From contig NW_004797437.1 in the NCBI RefSeq assembly GCF_000002075.1, forward strand, positions 696,152 through 760,151: 64,000 nucleotides of DNA. Direction: 5' to 3'. Shown here piece by piece: positions 13,101 through 26,168 of this stretch. Each line of letters starts with the position of its first letter. Positions within the stretch are counted from its first letter, which is position 1. The translations under genes were made by a program, and so were the position numbers. Source of the DNA: Aplysia californica (taxonomy: Eukaryota). The notes below the pieces were generated by a model. That model was not told the origin of the DNA, searched no databases, and saw nothing but the letters and a program-made list of their open reading frames with translations.

Positions 13101-14000
13101 TCCGGTCACCAGGCCCGAGAAGTCCGCTGCAGTCACTCTCCTGACTGGATGACCAGATGGGGTATTTTGTACTGATGACGGTGTGATTGCAAAGTGTTTA
13201 AGAAACAGTGAGAGAAGGCAGAGGAAAGAACAATGAAAAAAAAAATAACGCTGAGAAGATGGGGATAGATTAAATCTATGGAAAATCTGTGACAAATGTA
13301 ACCCAAAAGGCTTTGAGATGGAATCTTTAGGGTCAGAGGAACAAAGGCCAAAACCAGCATGATGGAGAAAGGTGGAGGTAGAGATGCTGAGAAATTGAAC
13401 AAAATTTGGATACAGCTTGAAAAAGATGTTCAGAAAAGACAATATTTAAAGATAAATTTTCAGCATCCTATGTTTTTTAGGGAGTTACAAGACGAGAGAG
13501 AGAGAGAAGTGCCTATGCCCCCATCATCTGTCCACAGCATTAGATGAGTAGCCATGTTTTCCGTAAGCTGACAAAACGCCTTTTTCAATTTTAGCACCGA
13601 TATTTTTTATTTGCTAAATCCAAAGCCAGATCAGGTATCCTACTTGTGTGAAAAAATCAAATTGAAACTATAACTAGATTTTGAATAAATTAGTATTCAA
13701 ATTTCAGAATTACTCTATTTTTGAATGATTACGCTAACAAAAATCCTCTTTTTCTTGAAACTGCTCTGAAAGAAAAAAGGCATTTTGCCAGCTTACGGCT
13801 GATGTATCTGTGTACTTCAAATGCTTGTCTTTACCTATACCTTCAGCCTCACACTCACAATGTTTCTCGCTACCTCCCCAGATTTTGGTATGAAATGGGG
13901 TCTGGCGGAAGAGTTACCCACTGTGGACAGCAACTACAATGTGACCAGGATGAGGCACCCAAACTTTGATGACAGCGACGGCGGTGATGTCGTCTTTTAG
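2781..14000 (+). CDS. ARL13B: ADP-ribosylation factor-like protein 13B (ciliary GTPase), 9 coding exons, 2409 nt, 802 aa
   Basis: join(2781..2827,3301..3371,5087..5339,5868..5973,6509..6711,7200..7326,8965..10204,11195..11437,13882..14000). All introns GT-AG and phase-consistent. Motifs: P-loop GLDNAGKT, PTVGF, DVGGG (Gly in place of the catalytic Gln, an ARL13 hallmark), LANKVD, coiled coil ..EERKARVQRQREER, LPPLEPLG. Confidence 0.93.
3301..3371 (+). CDS. ARL13B: ARL13B coding exon 2 (P-loop, AITLAIIGLDNAGKTTLCSVFTG)
   Basis: cccccag acceptor, G|GTAAGA donor, G1 motif. Confidence 0.95.
4132..4557. mobile_element. MITE copy 1 (TIR ..GGTGGAAACAGGTGCTCGTCAA / TTGATGAGCGCCTGATTTCACC..)
   Basis: Terminal inverted repeats; homologous inverted copy at 14606-15058. 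Confidence 0.75.
5087..5339 (+). CDS. ARL13B: ARL13B coding exon 3 (switch I/II)
   Basis: APTVGF...FDVGGGKSIRPIWKTYF...GKPILV; gacag acceptor, GT|GTGAGT donor. Confidence 0.96.
5520..5700. repeat. (TG)n/(AG)n microsatellite; similar (CA)n tracts at 7034-7107 and 58985-59160
   Basis: Direct inspection. Confidence 0.95.
5868..5973 (+). CDS. ARL13B: ARL13B coding exon 4 (G4 NKxD)
   Basis: LANKVDKDDHLEEVDIVHGLKLEETAN; ttttag acceptor, GTCAGT donor. Confidence 0.94.
6509..6711 (+). CDS. ARL13B: ARL13B coding exon 5 (G5 and coiled coil)
   Basis: SALVGVGTKMDKELQDGLQWLL...REERKARVQRQREE; ccccag acceptor, AG|GTGACT donor. Confidence 0.94.
7200..7326 (+). CDS. ARL13B: ARL13B coding exon 6
   Basis: EKEEERERRRLG...DDDIVDGNPFKALD; cctcag acceptor, AAG|GTAAGC donor. 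Confidence 0.9.
7586..8636. mobile_element. Non-autonomous piggyBac-like element
   Basis: Perfect 13-bp TIR CTCATTCGCTACG/CGTAGCGAATGAG flanked by ATAA (7582-7585) and TTAA (8637-8640). Confidence 0.75.
8965..10204 (+). CDS. ARL13B: ARL13B coding exon 7 (1240-nt charged low-complexity exon)
   Basis: 425-aa ORF in track; ttccag acceptor in phase with exon 6; G|GTTTGT donor; contains LPPLEPLG. Confidence 0.85.
11195..11437 (+). CDS. ARL13B: ARL13B coding exon 8
   Basis: DFNSVRHSGQSETRRKKKKNLLRSNKLAPSDD..; tcacag acceptor, G|GTAAGC donor, phase 1-1. Confidence 0.85.
11713..11808. repeat. 24-bp minisatellite x4 (AGGCAWACTAAATACTGGTCTAAC), decaying into related repeats to ~12110
   Basis: Direct inspection. 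Confidence 0.85.
12117..12375. mobile_element. MITE with 17-bp perfect TIR AATTGGTCGCTTTTAAG
   Basis: 12117-12133 vs 12359-12375; extends imperfectly to ~34 bp. Confidence 0.75.
12685..13798. mobile_element. Two inverted copies of a ~235-bp MITE (12685-12916, 13561-13798; TIR CCGTAAGCTGACAAAA)
   Basis: Each copy has TIRs; the copies are reverse complements of each other. Confidence 0.75.
13882..14000 (+). CDS. ARL13B: ARL13B last coding exon
   Basis: FGMKWGLAEELP...RHPNFDDSDGGDVVF*; ctccccag acceptor, TAG 13998-14000; AATAAA at 14267-14272. Confidence 0.83.
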
Positions 14001-14605
14001 CACGTCACTTACACAGAGTCCAGCGGGGTGGATGATGTGTTTTTTCTGTGATAAACAAAAGGAGGACCCTCCAAACTGAAGACAACTTTACGGCTCATCC
14101 AACAAATTTTCATTAGAGCTTTGAGTTTTTGAAATTGTTCTTTTAGAGTCACTTTTTTTTTTGCTGTGCTGTTCAATCTGCTTTTTATGCAAAATTGTCC
14201 TTCTGGTATAAGGGAAGAGGAAACATTTTTTAAAAGTTATCTAGCGATAAGTCAAATGTTTACATAAATAAAGTTTATTTTTATAGTCCTCGCAGTGGAA
14301 CACGCTTTTTTAAAACGTTAGTCAGATAATTTTTTCAATGTTCAACAATTTACTACACATAATTTGTAAAAGAAGAAAAAAAATCCCATCCATTATCGTT
14401 CATATTTATGAAATAAAGAGTAATGAGGAGTTCTTGGAATATTTGTGAACTGGAAAATAATTTTTTCTGTTCCGGGTGATATTTAGGGCTAAAATTGCTC
14501 AGATTGAATGAGCTCTCTGGAGGGGAGGCTGAGAGAGTGAAAGTAAAATGCTCATTTGCTCAATTTGAGGGCACTTTGCTCATCCTCACTAAATAGTAAA
14601 ACTGA

Positions 14606-15058
14606 TGTGTGAGGCTTCGTGGTGAAATCAGGTGCTCGTCAAAACAATGAAAAATGAAATCAAAGAAATCTTCTTTTTTCTGGCGGCCTGGTAATTTGTG
14701 TCGAATTTTTGTTTTTTGGCTCACCACCTTTTACGTCCTTTTGAAAATACATTTCTGTGTGGGTTTTACTGAAAAACGTTGATTAAACGCAGAGAAATGT
14801 AAATTTTCAGTTTCCAAGTACTCTCAAGCTTTGGAAATCACCAAACTTTGATGGCCATTTTCTCACTTATTTTACCTCTAAGAGTAAAACCAGGCGATCT
14901 TCATTTCCTTCAATGCAAATATCTCGACTTTAGCTTAAGATAGATGGGTATTTTTTTCACCGAAAGCAAGATAAATGAACAAGCTTTAAGATGATACCAA
15001 TAACTCCACAAGCCCAAAAATTTATGAGCGCCTGATTCCACCATGTCATGACACATAT
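14606..15058. mobile_element. MITE copy 2, inverted relative to 4132-4557
   Basis: GGTGAAATCAGGTGCTCGTCAA ... TTATGAGCGCCTGATTCCACC; internal sequence is the reverse complement of copy 1. Confidence 0.75.
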
Positions 15059-15719
15059 CATTGTGCCAGAGTGGAAATGGTACATCTCTGTGTTGGAGTG
15101 TGTCAATTGATTGTTAACCCTTTATTGCATAGTGTTGCCCTCAGGCAACATACCAAAATTAGAACTGCAGTTCCCAAAACTTTTCCATGGTTGTTTCCCC
15201 TGCTCTGAGTGTTTGAATTTGAAAGTAGTTAGTTTCCAGCAGTCTGACACCAGAGGCAATGCTTGGGTGCCCTGAGCCTTCGTTTACAAGCACTCTTTTG
15301 ACAAGAAGAATATCAGATGGAATGTTTCATACTACCATCAAAGCCATTAAGACTAAGACCATGTAGGAGACGATTTAGGAGAAAAAGAAGAAGATGGGCT
15401 GCTTTGGCTTGACCCTGCTTGTCAGGGACAAGCTGGGCTGAGTGGGGTATAACATCACAGCAGACAGATGGGCTGAGATACTCAATAAAATATCTTTCCC
15501 TCACAGATATCTTACTCATGTATTGTACATGCAAGGAGTATGTTGTAAAAGAAGTGGTATGTTGTTGAGTAAAGATCTAGGGGAAGACCGAGTGGAATCT
15601 GGAGAAAAATTACAGAAATTGATGTACAGAAAAGTGGGAAGACATGAAATAACATCACAAAAGGCTAGCCCAGATTAAAGAAAGGTGGAAAATGTTTGTT
15701 TGTGTCCTATACCCTGGTG

Positions 15720-16217
15720 CGGGGTGAGAAAGGCAATGGGGATGATGATTTTGTTGAGTGTTTACGAGTGCCTTCCAACGCTCACATATCTGTGCCAGAC
15801 ATGGTCCCTAACAAAAGCCCTAGAGAGGAAACTGGTCACATGTGAGATGAAATGCATAAGAAGAGCGGTCAACAGAACAAGAAGAGACAAAATTAAAAGT
15901 GAAGTCATAAGGGACACCGTGGGAGCAACACCAGTCCTACCACACATTGAAAAACAAGGTCAAGTGGTTCGGACACCTCAGGCGGATGCCCTCAAACCAT
16001 CCAGCTCTGAGAGCATACAACACTAAATATTCTGGATGGAGAGCCAGAGGAAGACCAAGGCGACGATGGAGTGAATCTGTGGCAGACACCCTTAGAGCTC
16101 ATGGGATGTCCCTCCTACAGGCCACATGACTTGCTGCAGACAGACGCCTGTGTCTCCCCGCAACACCCCAGGGTACAAGCGGAAGAAAAAAGTAAAAGTA
16201 AGCAAAGTAAAGTAAGT
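15720..16217 (+). mobile_element. RTE-clade LINE 3' fragment (frameshifted), (AAAGT)n tail
   Basis: PTLTYLCQTWSL..CEMKCIRR..TRRDKI / KWFGHLRRM..RARGRPRRRW is a typical RTE C-terminus; short-repeat tail 16189-16217. Confidence 0.85.
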
Positions 16218-19200
16218 TTATGAGTGCATAGCATTGCGAGAAGAATAATCACCTTGAGATTGAAAACAAAATGGTTTGTAAAGATTATGTGTATTGCTTT
16301 GGGATGAAAAGTGATAGATGTGGATGAGTGAGAAGTGACACTGTAAAGTGTTTGACTTGTGTGCATTTTGACTGATACAACATTAGGCTTGAGCACATAA
16401 ATTAATGAAAGGTTTGCAGACTACAAACATATACATAAGACAGTTGTTGCGTTTGATATTTTCAACATTTGTCTCAATCATCTGATATTACTGCCTGTTT
16501 TCTTACTTTTCTCCACACTTTGTTTCTACTTTCGTTTTAAACTCGAACACTCAAAAACGTACGTATTTTGTGTGGGGGAGGAGGGGGGGAGGTGGTAAGC
16601 CTGCAGTGTGAAATATGAAATAACTGTTGAAATGGGAAAGACAGGCAAAAAAACAATTGCTTGATAACTTAACACCCCCCCCCATTTGCGAAAGGGCCAC
16701 AATCAATACTTATTGGTGTTTGGGACTTATTATGTCATGGGCAAAGTGAGGGATTTGGAATACATGTGGATAACATTCCAAGAGCAATGTACTTGTAAGA
16801 GGAACATCAGCTTTGGGAAGATGGTAACTTTGTTGTTACCAGTTCTTCCTCAATGGATGCCTTATTGTTACTGCTGTATTTCTGCTGTGGTTCTTTTTGT
16901 CCACAAACATGCCTGTCTTGTTGTGTTGTTCGATTGTACTGTTAAAAATGTTGCTTTTGAAAATAGCATTCGCAGACATTTCCAATTGATGAATGCGTTG
17001 AAGGGATGTTAGGGAGGAGGGGGGGGGGAAGGGAGGGGTGAGAGAGAGAGGGGGGGTGTAGGAGAAGAGGGAGGGGTGAGGGGGGGGGGGAATGTACAAC
17101 AGGGTGTATTCTGAAAAACATTTCATTCAAATGATTGTGAACGTTGTGGCTTTGTTCAAAGCACTGAAAAGGCCCATGGTTTGGGAAAAAAGAGCTGCCT
17201 CTTTGGTGACTTTCATCAATTTTGTGCACATGTAAACTAAATGTGTTGATATGTATGGTTATTTATATTGCCTTGAAAACTTACAATAATGGAATGCTGC
17301 ATATAAACTTTTATAAAATTCTCTACTTTTAGGTACTGTAATCGACTCATATTGGTTCTTCAATTGAAGTCTTGAAGGATATTTTTGGTCCTGTTTGAAA
17401 GCAATGAGTTGACTGGTACGGTAAAGAGTAGCAATGTTTCTGTCTTTCTGTAACTAGTTCATCACTTGCTGACTTGTAGGTGGATTACAAACTCCATGTC
17501 TGAATTAATTTCATGTGAAGTTGAAAGTGTTGTAGATTTTCAGTCCATTCCCTACTCACAATACGTGATTGTATTCTCATCTCATTTATTTATAATGCGG
17601 GTCTCAAACTTTTCCCTTTGTAGTGAACATTTTTGTCTCCTTGTTCGCAAACCAGACCAAAATATTTATGTCAAATGGCCTCCTTGTATAAAATACTCTT
17701 GTGATCTTTTCCTGTGGTACTAGTAACTGGAAACATGTGCTTGGTAGTGTTAGTTCACCTGAACAACAGAAGAATGGATTTGAAGCAAAGCCAAAAACCA
17801 ACTTTTTTTTGAAAGGTTGTGATGTTTTTTCTTTATCATTGGCTACAAATATTAAGAGCAAGAAATTAAATTTACTAAGAAAGGTTTGAGTTTGAATATT
17901 CTTGTATTACAATTATTCATGACACATGTACACACAGACCTGCAGGTTGTTAAGTCCCAGATTTTCTTATACTCAGGTTGCTGATCAATGAAGTTGTTTA
18001 CTGCAGTTTTGTGGCAGTTGAAATGGGTTTTTTCTTTTAGGAAGTTTCAAATATTTACTGACCTTTGTCTGTTATTACTGTATGATTTTTGTATACTCAA
18101 GAGACCTGTTTTGAAAAGGAGTAGTCTTAAATTGCAGCAATTTTGTAACGCTTTTGTAAATACCACTCTCTTTTTTATTTTTGTCTGATTACGAATGTCG
18201 ATATGCATCTATACATATTTATCAAATTACGTCCGTCCTTAGCATCTGAAACTATGAAATTATGAGTGTTTTGTGCAACTTTTATATTTTGAGGGACTCC
18301 TCATGTATTATTTACTCTATATCATATAATAAATGATTTCATGTACTTTTGAATTTAATTTTTATTCGTGATAATTTTCACAGGAGGAAAAAGACAGTGT
18401 AGATAAACTTTAGATTACTACTTTGTACAGTAGTAGAAGAGGAAAGTCAAAATCCACTGCAGAAATTGTTTCAAAATTTTACTGGTATTGGTTAAAGCAA
18501 AATTATATTATAACTTCAGAAAACTTAAGTTTGCCTCTGCTTGGCTCATCGAAAGAAAGAACTTTGATGTTTGATTAATTTATTTGCCAGTTATCACCCC
18601 TCTTGTAAATGTCAGACACAGAGGAGAGAAATGGATGCCATCTTTTGTACATGATGATCATGATTGAAACTTAGTTATATGAAATTGAAGTGTCCATAAA
18701 ATGCATTGCCTTTGTTAAAATACAGTATAAGTTATAACACGGAGAGGCCGAACACAGCAGACTCGAAATCATGCATCCTTTGAACTGTACAAAATGTACC
18801 TGTTGTCCTGGGGTTTTTTTTCTTGTTTATCTTTGCAAGATATCCCTAGAAGCGCCAAGGCTGGTCCCGGCGAATTCGAGCTATCCATGTTATACTGTAG
18901 TTGTCTTTTCTGGGGTTAATATTAATTCACTACAGTTTTGTGTCGAAAGCTCAAATCTATCAGGGAATCAAAATTGTATTAAAAAATTGTACGAAACAAA
19001 ACAAAGGAAGTGTAAGTAAAGTGGCTGTTACTAACAGATCGAGCAGTGTATTCATGAGTACTTGTACTTAGTCAACTTTGTTTCAAATTTTTTTAGCCCC
19101 TCTGGCTTTTACTTTTAAACTAAATGTCAAACTTTGATATTAAAAAAGTGAAAAGAAAAAAAAGTACTCCAATGCTTCTTTGCTGGTCCCGTAATTATTG

Positions 19201-19940
19201 CAAAGAGGGTGAAACAGATAGGCCTACTCAAGTTTCTTGTGACAGTGATGATTTGTAGCAATTCAGGAAAACCCTCCAGTTGTTGCCGTTTGCTCGTGTG
19301 AGCCAGAAGGCAAAATGGTTTAAACTCCAGTGCTTGTGGTGAAAAACCCTTAAAATGGTGTGTCGTTTATGCAGTTTCTGAATCTAAAAGAATAAAAAAA
19401 ATGTAGCAGCATTGCAGTGCCTTTGTAGTCATCTCTTTCATTTAAAAGTCTATACAAAAATGATTGTGTGAAGAGTTTTCTTGGACTGGCTCACATATTT
19501 GTTTCTATTTTCAGCATAAAAAACCTTGATTTTGCCATGTTACTGTGCTGTAATTTTGGCCATGTGTGTAGTTTTTACAGTTGGGTGTGGATAACTCAAA
19601 CTCATTGGGAATTGGTGACTGTATTTAACACATCCATTATAATTCGATAGCAAAAATTGAAGGGGTGCCAGTTGGGGAATGGCAAATTGTAGGACCCATT
19701 GGTGATTTTACGTTTTTCATGTTCATGTTATCTGTGTCCGACTACCGTACTTTGAAATGTTCCTGTGTGACCTGTGGTGAGTGTTTCCACTGGACAGCTT
19801 CCTTCCCTGCTTCTCTGTTACATCATGTCAACTCCGTCCATTTTTTTTCCAGATCTGACAATCTTTATAATTTATGCTATTTACAATATGTCTTTGTTTT
19901 TTATTCTGCATAATTTGAATGAGGTTAACATATCATCTTC

Positions 19941-20247
19941 TCAGTGTAATACCGGGTGCCCGTTGGCGCGACGTGGTCGAGTCGGACACAAAGTAATCGC
20001 CCAACTCGTCGCCTCAAATACAAACGCGTTTGTTTTCAGCCGACGAGTCGGGCGATCGACCCAACCCAACCTGATCCCATCGACAATGGGCTCTCGGTGT
20101 AAGAAGAAGAATCTGTTATACGTCACTTGTCAAAATGGCATATGGTGGACGTCTTACACAAGGCAGTCGATGTGGCGACATCTCAACATGTGACACACTA
20201 CACCCACCCATCCTCGACTGAGTCCCGGGTTGTTTGAGTTACACTGA
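19941..20247. mobile_element. CpG-rich MITE (TCAGTGTAA..TTACACTGA ends)
   Basis: Short TIR, internal CGAC/GTCG palindromic motifs, sharp compositional contrast with flanks. Confidence 0.45.
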
Positions 20248-22009
20248 AGAGAAACATGTATCAACACAAAATTAGTCATTTCATATTGGGGAAAAAGTAA
20301 GATGGACAGGGACACCAGAGAGATAGGAAAGGAGTAGGACTACCAGTGTCGCCCTCCAGCAACCATCGGCTGGTCGAGTCAAGTATGGAGGTGAGCCACC
20401 AAAAGTCAGAGGTCTTGAAGAGGCACTATCGAAACAAGGGAAATAGATCTGATGTAAAGCTTTCCCAGCAAGCAATTTAAGACTGTTTAGCAGCTGGCCT
20501 AAATCTATGACCGTGTTATTTCTGTTACTCGCGATATAAGCTTTCTTCCTGGCAGTGAAAATGAACAGTTTATTGGTTATCATGCACTCTTTTCTTTCAC
20601 TGAATTTTATGTGAAGATTGTTTTTGCTTTGACGGGTGTTGCCTTTGCTTAAAAGTGTGAAGATATTGAAAATTGATGAAGTTGAAGTGTGAATCTTTTA
20701 TGTAATGCGTATTTTTAAGGAATGGCAATGTATTCAGATTCAGATTCACGTTTAACTTTTTTTCTTTTTTTGGGTTATCTTCATTTTTCTTTGTGCCTTG
20801 AATCTGATGTTTTCCTAGTGATCTCAACTGTACATCAGCTCTCCACAAAGCACAGCAGTTTCTTATGCTTTATTTTGTTGTGCTTCTGCACGTCCATAGC
20901 AAGGATGAGTCAAGGACATAGGACTTTGACTCACTGCGTTTCTCAGCTACAGGTTCTTGCTAAGATAAAAGTGAAAGATGACTAAGTTTTCACAGAGTAT
21001 TTGCTCACATTTTAGGGGAAGAGCTTTCGTTATGTTATTTGTCTGCAAGTTGGAACTGAAACACATTTTAATGCAACTTATGTTCAGGGCTGTAACCATT
21101 GCAGAAAACCTTGTGTTCAAAATATTCCTTGGTTCTAAAGTTTTAAATTCACTTTGTCACAGATTTAGTGTAATGAATCTGGAGGGTTTTTTTTAGATCA
21201 AATATAGTACGAGCAAGTCCGTCCTATATCAGGGTGCTTACACCATTTTTGCAACAAGTATTTGCTTAACTTTTGTTCATACCCCCTTTCGACTTTCCCA
21301 ATCAAATGTTCTGTGGGTTCAAATGTTGGACATTTTTTCCTTGTTACCTTTGTGGACAAGAAGCATAGGAATAGGACTACTATTAACTATATTATGTACA
21401 CTGAAAATCTAAAGCGACTGGATTAGATTTAGAAGCAAGGTTTCAACTTTCCTTAGAACAAATGAGTATGCGTCCTGCTTCATTTCACTTGCTGTGTGTC
21501 TCTGAACAATTTGCTGACTGCCATTCTCTCTTTTAGGAGGATGAAACATAGGCCTATATATAATATATATCTCTAAATATGTATACACTTTTAATGATAA
21601 AGTTTTATTTCCTGTTCAGCCTTGAAAATAATTCACAAATGGGGTCTAATTAAAATTTATGTAAATGTGGTTGTAGTTGTCCTTAAGATTTGTGCAAACT
21701 TGGAAACGGTTGTCAAATGGTTCGTGCATACCATACTAATGCCAATAGTCCCGTCAGTCTTTATGACACACAATGTCTGCATTTAGTAACATACTTTTCT
21801 CTTTCACTTTCAGCCAGGTTACATCAAGTCCTTCGTATCTACAATACTAACTGGTGCAGTTCTATAGAGTCGTATTATATCATACTTATTGAAATCAACA
21901 TGTGATGGGAATATTATAAGTAGACCATATATATATATATATATAGTAAATACTGTCATATTAAAAAGCTTCGAAAGCATTGCCTTCAATTTCTTTTTTT
22001 TTCTTCCAT

Positions 22010-22720
22010 TTTCTAGCATCTGCAATTGTCTGACATTTTTTGGTCCGCAAATCGCGGCTGCGATTTTTGCATTTTTTCCAACAAAAATCCGCCGACGGGA
22101 AGAAAAAATAATTTAAAAACCACAACAAAAACGGGGAATAATACTATTCATGAAAAAAAAAGAAACCGAACCTCTTTACTTTTAGAAAGAAAGTTTATTT
22201 TCACTTTCGCTTCACTTCGTCTCTTTCTCACTTGTTAACGCGTTGATTTGTAATTTTCGTGTGAAGAATATAAGTAAGCTACATTACATACTATTTATAT
22301 TGCTGTTCGGTTTTGGTGGAGACACGCTCTAACATAACTCATTTATATATAAAAAAAGGTAGGAACAACATCAAATTAAATTACATTTACGCTCTATATA
22401 AAAACAAAAATATAGAAAAACAACACACCAGAACGATAACAAGAAAACAAAATTAACACACCAACAAAGTAAAACCCGACAAAGAGGGAAAAATAAAAGA
22501 GAAAAAGCAATATAATATATATACAAATCTAAAAGTAAAAGGATGTAATGTAGTAATGTTTTTCTCATGAAAATAACAAATCAACGTGGTGTCAACAAGT
22601 GAGAAAGCGACAACAAAGGGAAGTGAAGGTGAAAATAAACTTAATTTCTAAAAGTAAAGAGGTTCAATTTCTTTTTCTTTTTTTTTCACGATATTTGTTC
22701 CCTTTTTTCTAGATCCCCCC
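22010..22720. mobile_element. Fold-back-like element with long imperfect inverted arms; relative at ~49218-49430
   Basis: ~22150-22300 is the reverse complement of ~22540-22690; TTCTAGCATCTGC..CGCAAATCGCGG end shared with 49218. Confidence 0.6.
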
Positions 22721-25700
22721 CCCCCCCCCAATGTTATTTTATTTATTTAAAATTTTTTATTTTTTTTAACAATGCAAAAGTAAGAGAGAGAGAGAGGGAG
22801 GGAGAGAGAGTAACGCAGTGATGGAGCAAGCCACGCCACTACAAGCACACGCAGCGGGTGAAGCATGCGAGGGCTGCGGTGTGCTGCAGACTTCGATCTA
22901 GCCCTAAGCTTAGCTACACGCACGCGCAATGTGTCATGTATCCCTGTTCGTGGTTACTTGTGGCAAGGGAAACTACCTATGAATAAATACAGCTGGATTA
23001 GTGCACAAATGCTTACTTCCCTTGCATTTTTGATTTAACAGGGATCTGATATAACAACAGGACTTTTTCTCGGGTCTCACCATCCCTATTATATCAGGTT
23101 TCCACTGTACTTCACAAATGAGCTGTACCTCTTATTTACATTCTTATTTCTGAAATGTAAAGGTTTAAGTCCTTTACTTGCTTTGTTTGCCTATGCTCAA
23201 GCATTTTCCAACATAATTTTAGTATTATGGTGAAATGATATAATTTCCCTGAGACATTACAGGCTATTTGATAGCAACATTTGAAGGGTTAAAGACTGGT
23301 TTAAAGTCTTGATTGCAAGTAGTGAGACAGGACTGATAATAATAAATGATATATATATATTCAGCAAGTTCTGAGCAATGAGATCGGGTTTGCTTGGAAA
23401 TATCATTCATGAAACTTGTGAAGTACAAAAATGTTCCACTTTATGACTCAGAATTAATTTGGGTAACTGGAATGATGTTGACAACATGAACACAGATAAG
23501 CAGATGTTATACTATCCAATGACTCGATATGGATGAGCAAGCTTCAGCACTTTAGAATAGACTCTTGAGTGATTTTACTACTACCTGTACTATAATCTTG
23601 TTTACTAAGGTTACTGACAAAATCAGCTTTCTTGTGTTTACATAAGCCAAGTGTCATCAAAAAGGATAAAAACCCCAAATCTGGTCAACAAAACAGCAAC
23701 TAAGACACGGACTGAGAGTTGAAAGTGCAATAGCACCTGGACCTTTATTGCAGGAAAATATAGACATATAGTGTATTCCCAAGAAACCCGAGGCTGTTAG
23801 AAGGACAGAACAAAAAACTGCTTGCATGATGACAAAATATGGGCTTTCTAATTATGGAGTGATTGTAGTTCTGGGTTGTAAAATACAGGGTCAAAAAGTA
23901 CATCAGTGTTACAAGGTACAGGTGTGGGAAAAACACTGTACACATGATGTTTTAATGCAGTAACTGTAAAGAAAGATTTTGGTAGATGGATTGAAAATTT
24001 GTATTTAATAATAGTAATAATAATAATAGAGCATGTATAGTGGAAATTCCCACTCAGCAGCAAGCTCCATGAGCTTTACACTCTATACTATTACCACAGC
24101 AGACCTGATAGCACACAAAAAATCTCAACTTCCTGGGAAGCATACAGTGCAAGCTGCTATTTAATTAAAGGCATTAAAATACTGACAAGATCTTTCGCTG
24201 CAAACTCCCACCTGGGTGAAGTAAGGAAAATTCGTATACAGTGCCTTTCCCAAGGATACAACTCATTGAGAGGAATAAGATTTTTCTCTGGGTAAAATCC
24301 AATCACACAAGCCCCCATGGATGTGTCAAGATGACAGCAGTTGAGGACTGGAATCTCTGAAAGTCCATTTCTTGTGGCTGAAACAGAGCAGTTTCTTCTT
24401 CTACACACTTATAAAAGTAAGAAGCAAGAATACAGACAACTGGCAGGGAGACAGAGGAGTGTAATGAGGGAAACAGGATAGACGCTCAGATAAAGGTAAA
24501 AATATGAAAACAAGCCAACACTTTTTGAGACACTGATGGCCAGAGTATTGAAAAAAAGTTAAGCCATACACATGAATAGTAATGTAATAAACAATTGTAT
24601 GAGAACTATTGGCCACCATTTCAAAACCAGTAGAATAAAGAAAAACATTGAAGGGCAGTCAAAGTAAGGGTCGTACCGGGGGAAGAGAGATTAGACTACA
24701 TCTTCGTTACCGGAGAACAGAGACTACATTTTTACTACATTTCTGTATTACAGGTAAACTTGGTAGGCCTATTATGGCTAATCGTACTGAAGAAGGAAGT
24801 TGATTATTTTTTTACATTTTTTGGCAAATTCCAACCCATAAAATCTCAACACAAAAATATACGAATATAATATGCCCCTCACCCTTTTCCCAAACTTAGA
24901 CACAGTGGTTGTAAGTAAATATTTTACTATATCAGTCAAAGGTGTATTACATCCAGTTGCTAGTCAAAGGTGTGTAAATATGTTGCCAGGGAAAGGGTTA
25001 ATCTGTAAGGACGATTTTTTAAAAAAATGCTACCAGCGCAGTCTTAAGTCTGAAAATGCTGAGGGTAAGATATTGAGTCTATATTCAGTCGCACACCTGA
25101 AAACGCAAGAGGGAAAAATATTGAGTCTATTTTAATGTCAGCTGCAAAACTCAACAAAAAAAGAGTACATCTTGATCAATATCAACATGAGGAGGTATTC
25201 GTTGGGCAGTCTCTGTTCCACAGACAGATCTTTTTCCCGTTATTGAAAATACAGTCACTCTTCCCCGGTCCTCTGAAAGTAAGGCTTATCTATTATGTTT
25301 TCCTATGTACACTGAGGCAGATCATGAATGAAACTGGACCAACCTTGAGGACGATTGGTCCTACTTTGTCAGTCAGTGAGTTTCGATAACAGTCCATGTC
25401 AGTTTTCGGAAAATTTAAAACGGACCCACAACCGCATTCTCTGCAATTTTTGCAATTGTGGGTGTTTTTAGCCCCCATCGACATTATCTAAATTTTACAG
25501 GAGGAGACGGGTGGCTTCTGCCTTACTTGTCAGGGCCAAACCAGGCTGATAAGGACACAAGGTCCTAAGTCAGAGATGGAGAAGATATTCAATAAAAAAA
25601 ATCTTTCTACACAAGAAGTCAACTCCCATCTTTCTCACATGGCGGCAAAGCACCGATACAGACACGTTCTCTATGCAATGGACTACCGCTTTGTTACCAA

Positions 25701-26036
25701 ATGGTGTAAAATGCCGCATCAAATTTCTAATTCTAAAAAAGGTGACGAGTTAAGAAAAAAGGAAATTTTTTTTTCACAAGCCATGAAAAACAACATGGAC
25801 CATTATCAATATACACTAACGACTGGCAACAAAGACAATCATACCCCAAGAAAGAGAGTAGAAGGCAGAACACAGTATGGTACATAACATGGATTCAGTA
25901 CATTTCAACAACAGTACACATCAAATGACCAAAGTGAGAAATGGTGATAAATATTCACAGTGAGGATGATAACAGACTCTATGTACATTGCCACACATAG
26001 GATTGAAAGGGGAGGGACGTAACGGTCAAGGTCAGT

Positions 26037-26168
26037 TCACTGAAGTCTCGCTAGGGTCTGCGACAATTGTTTGTCTCTGATGTGAGCCTCCTCCTTTAGC
26101 CTGTCCAGTCTTTGGTCCATCTCTCTGTCCACAGTTTCCAGACGTCGGACAAACATTGCCATCTGGTT
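26037..26168 (-). CDS. NDC80: NDC80 last coding exon
   Basis: NQMAMFVRRLETVDREMDQRLDRLKEEAHIRDKQLSQTLARLQ*; ttccag acceptor, TGA 26039-26037. Confidence 0.85.
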   Translation of the reverse strand, partial: NQMAMFVRRLETVDREMDQRLDRLKEEAHIRDKQLSQTLARLQ

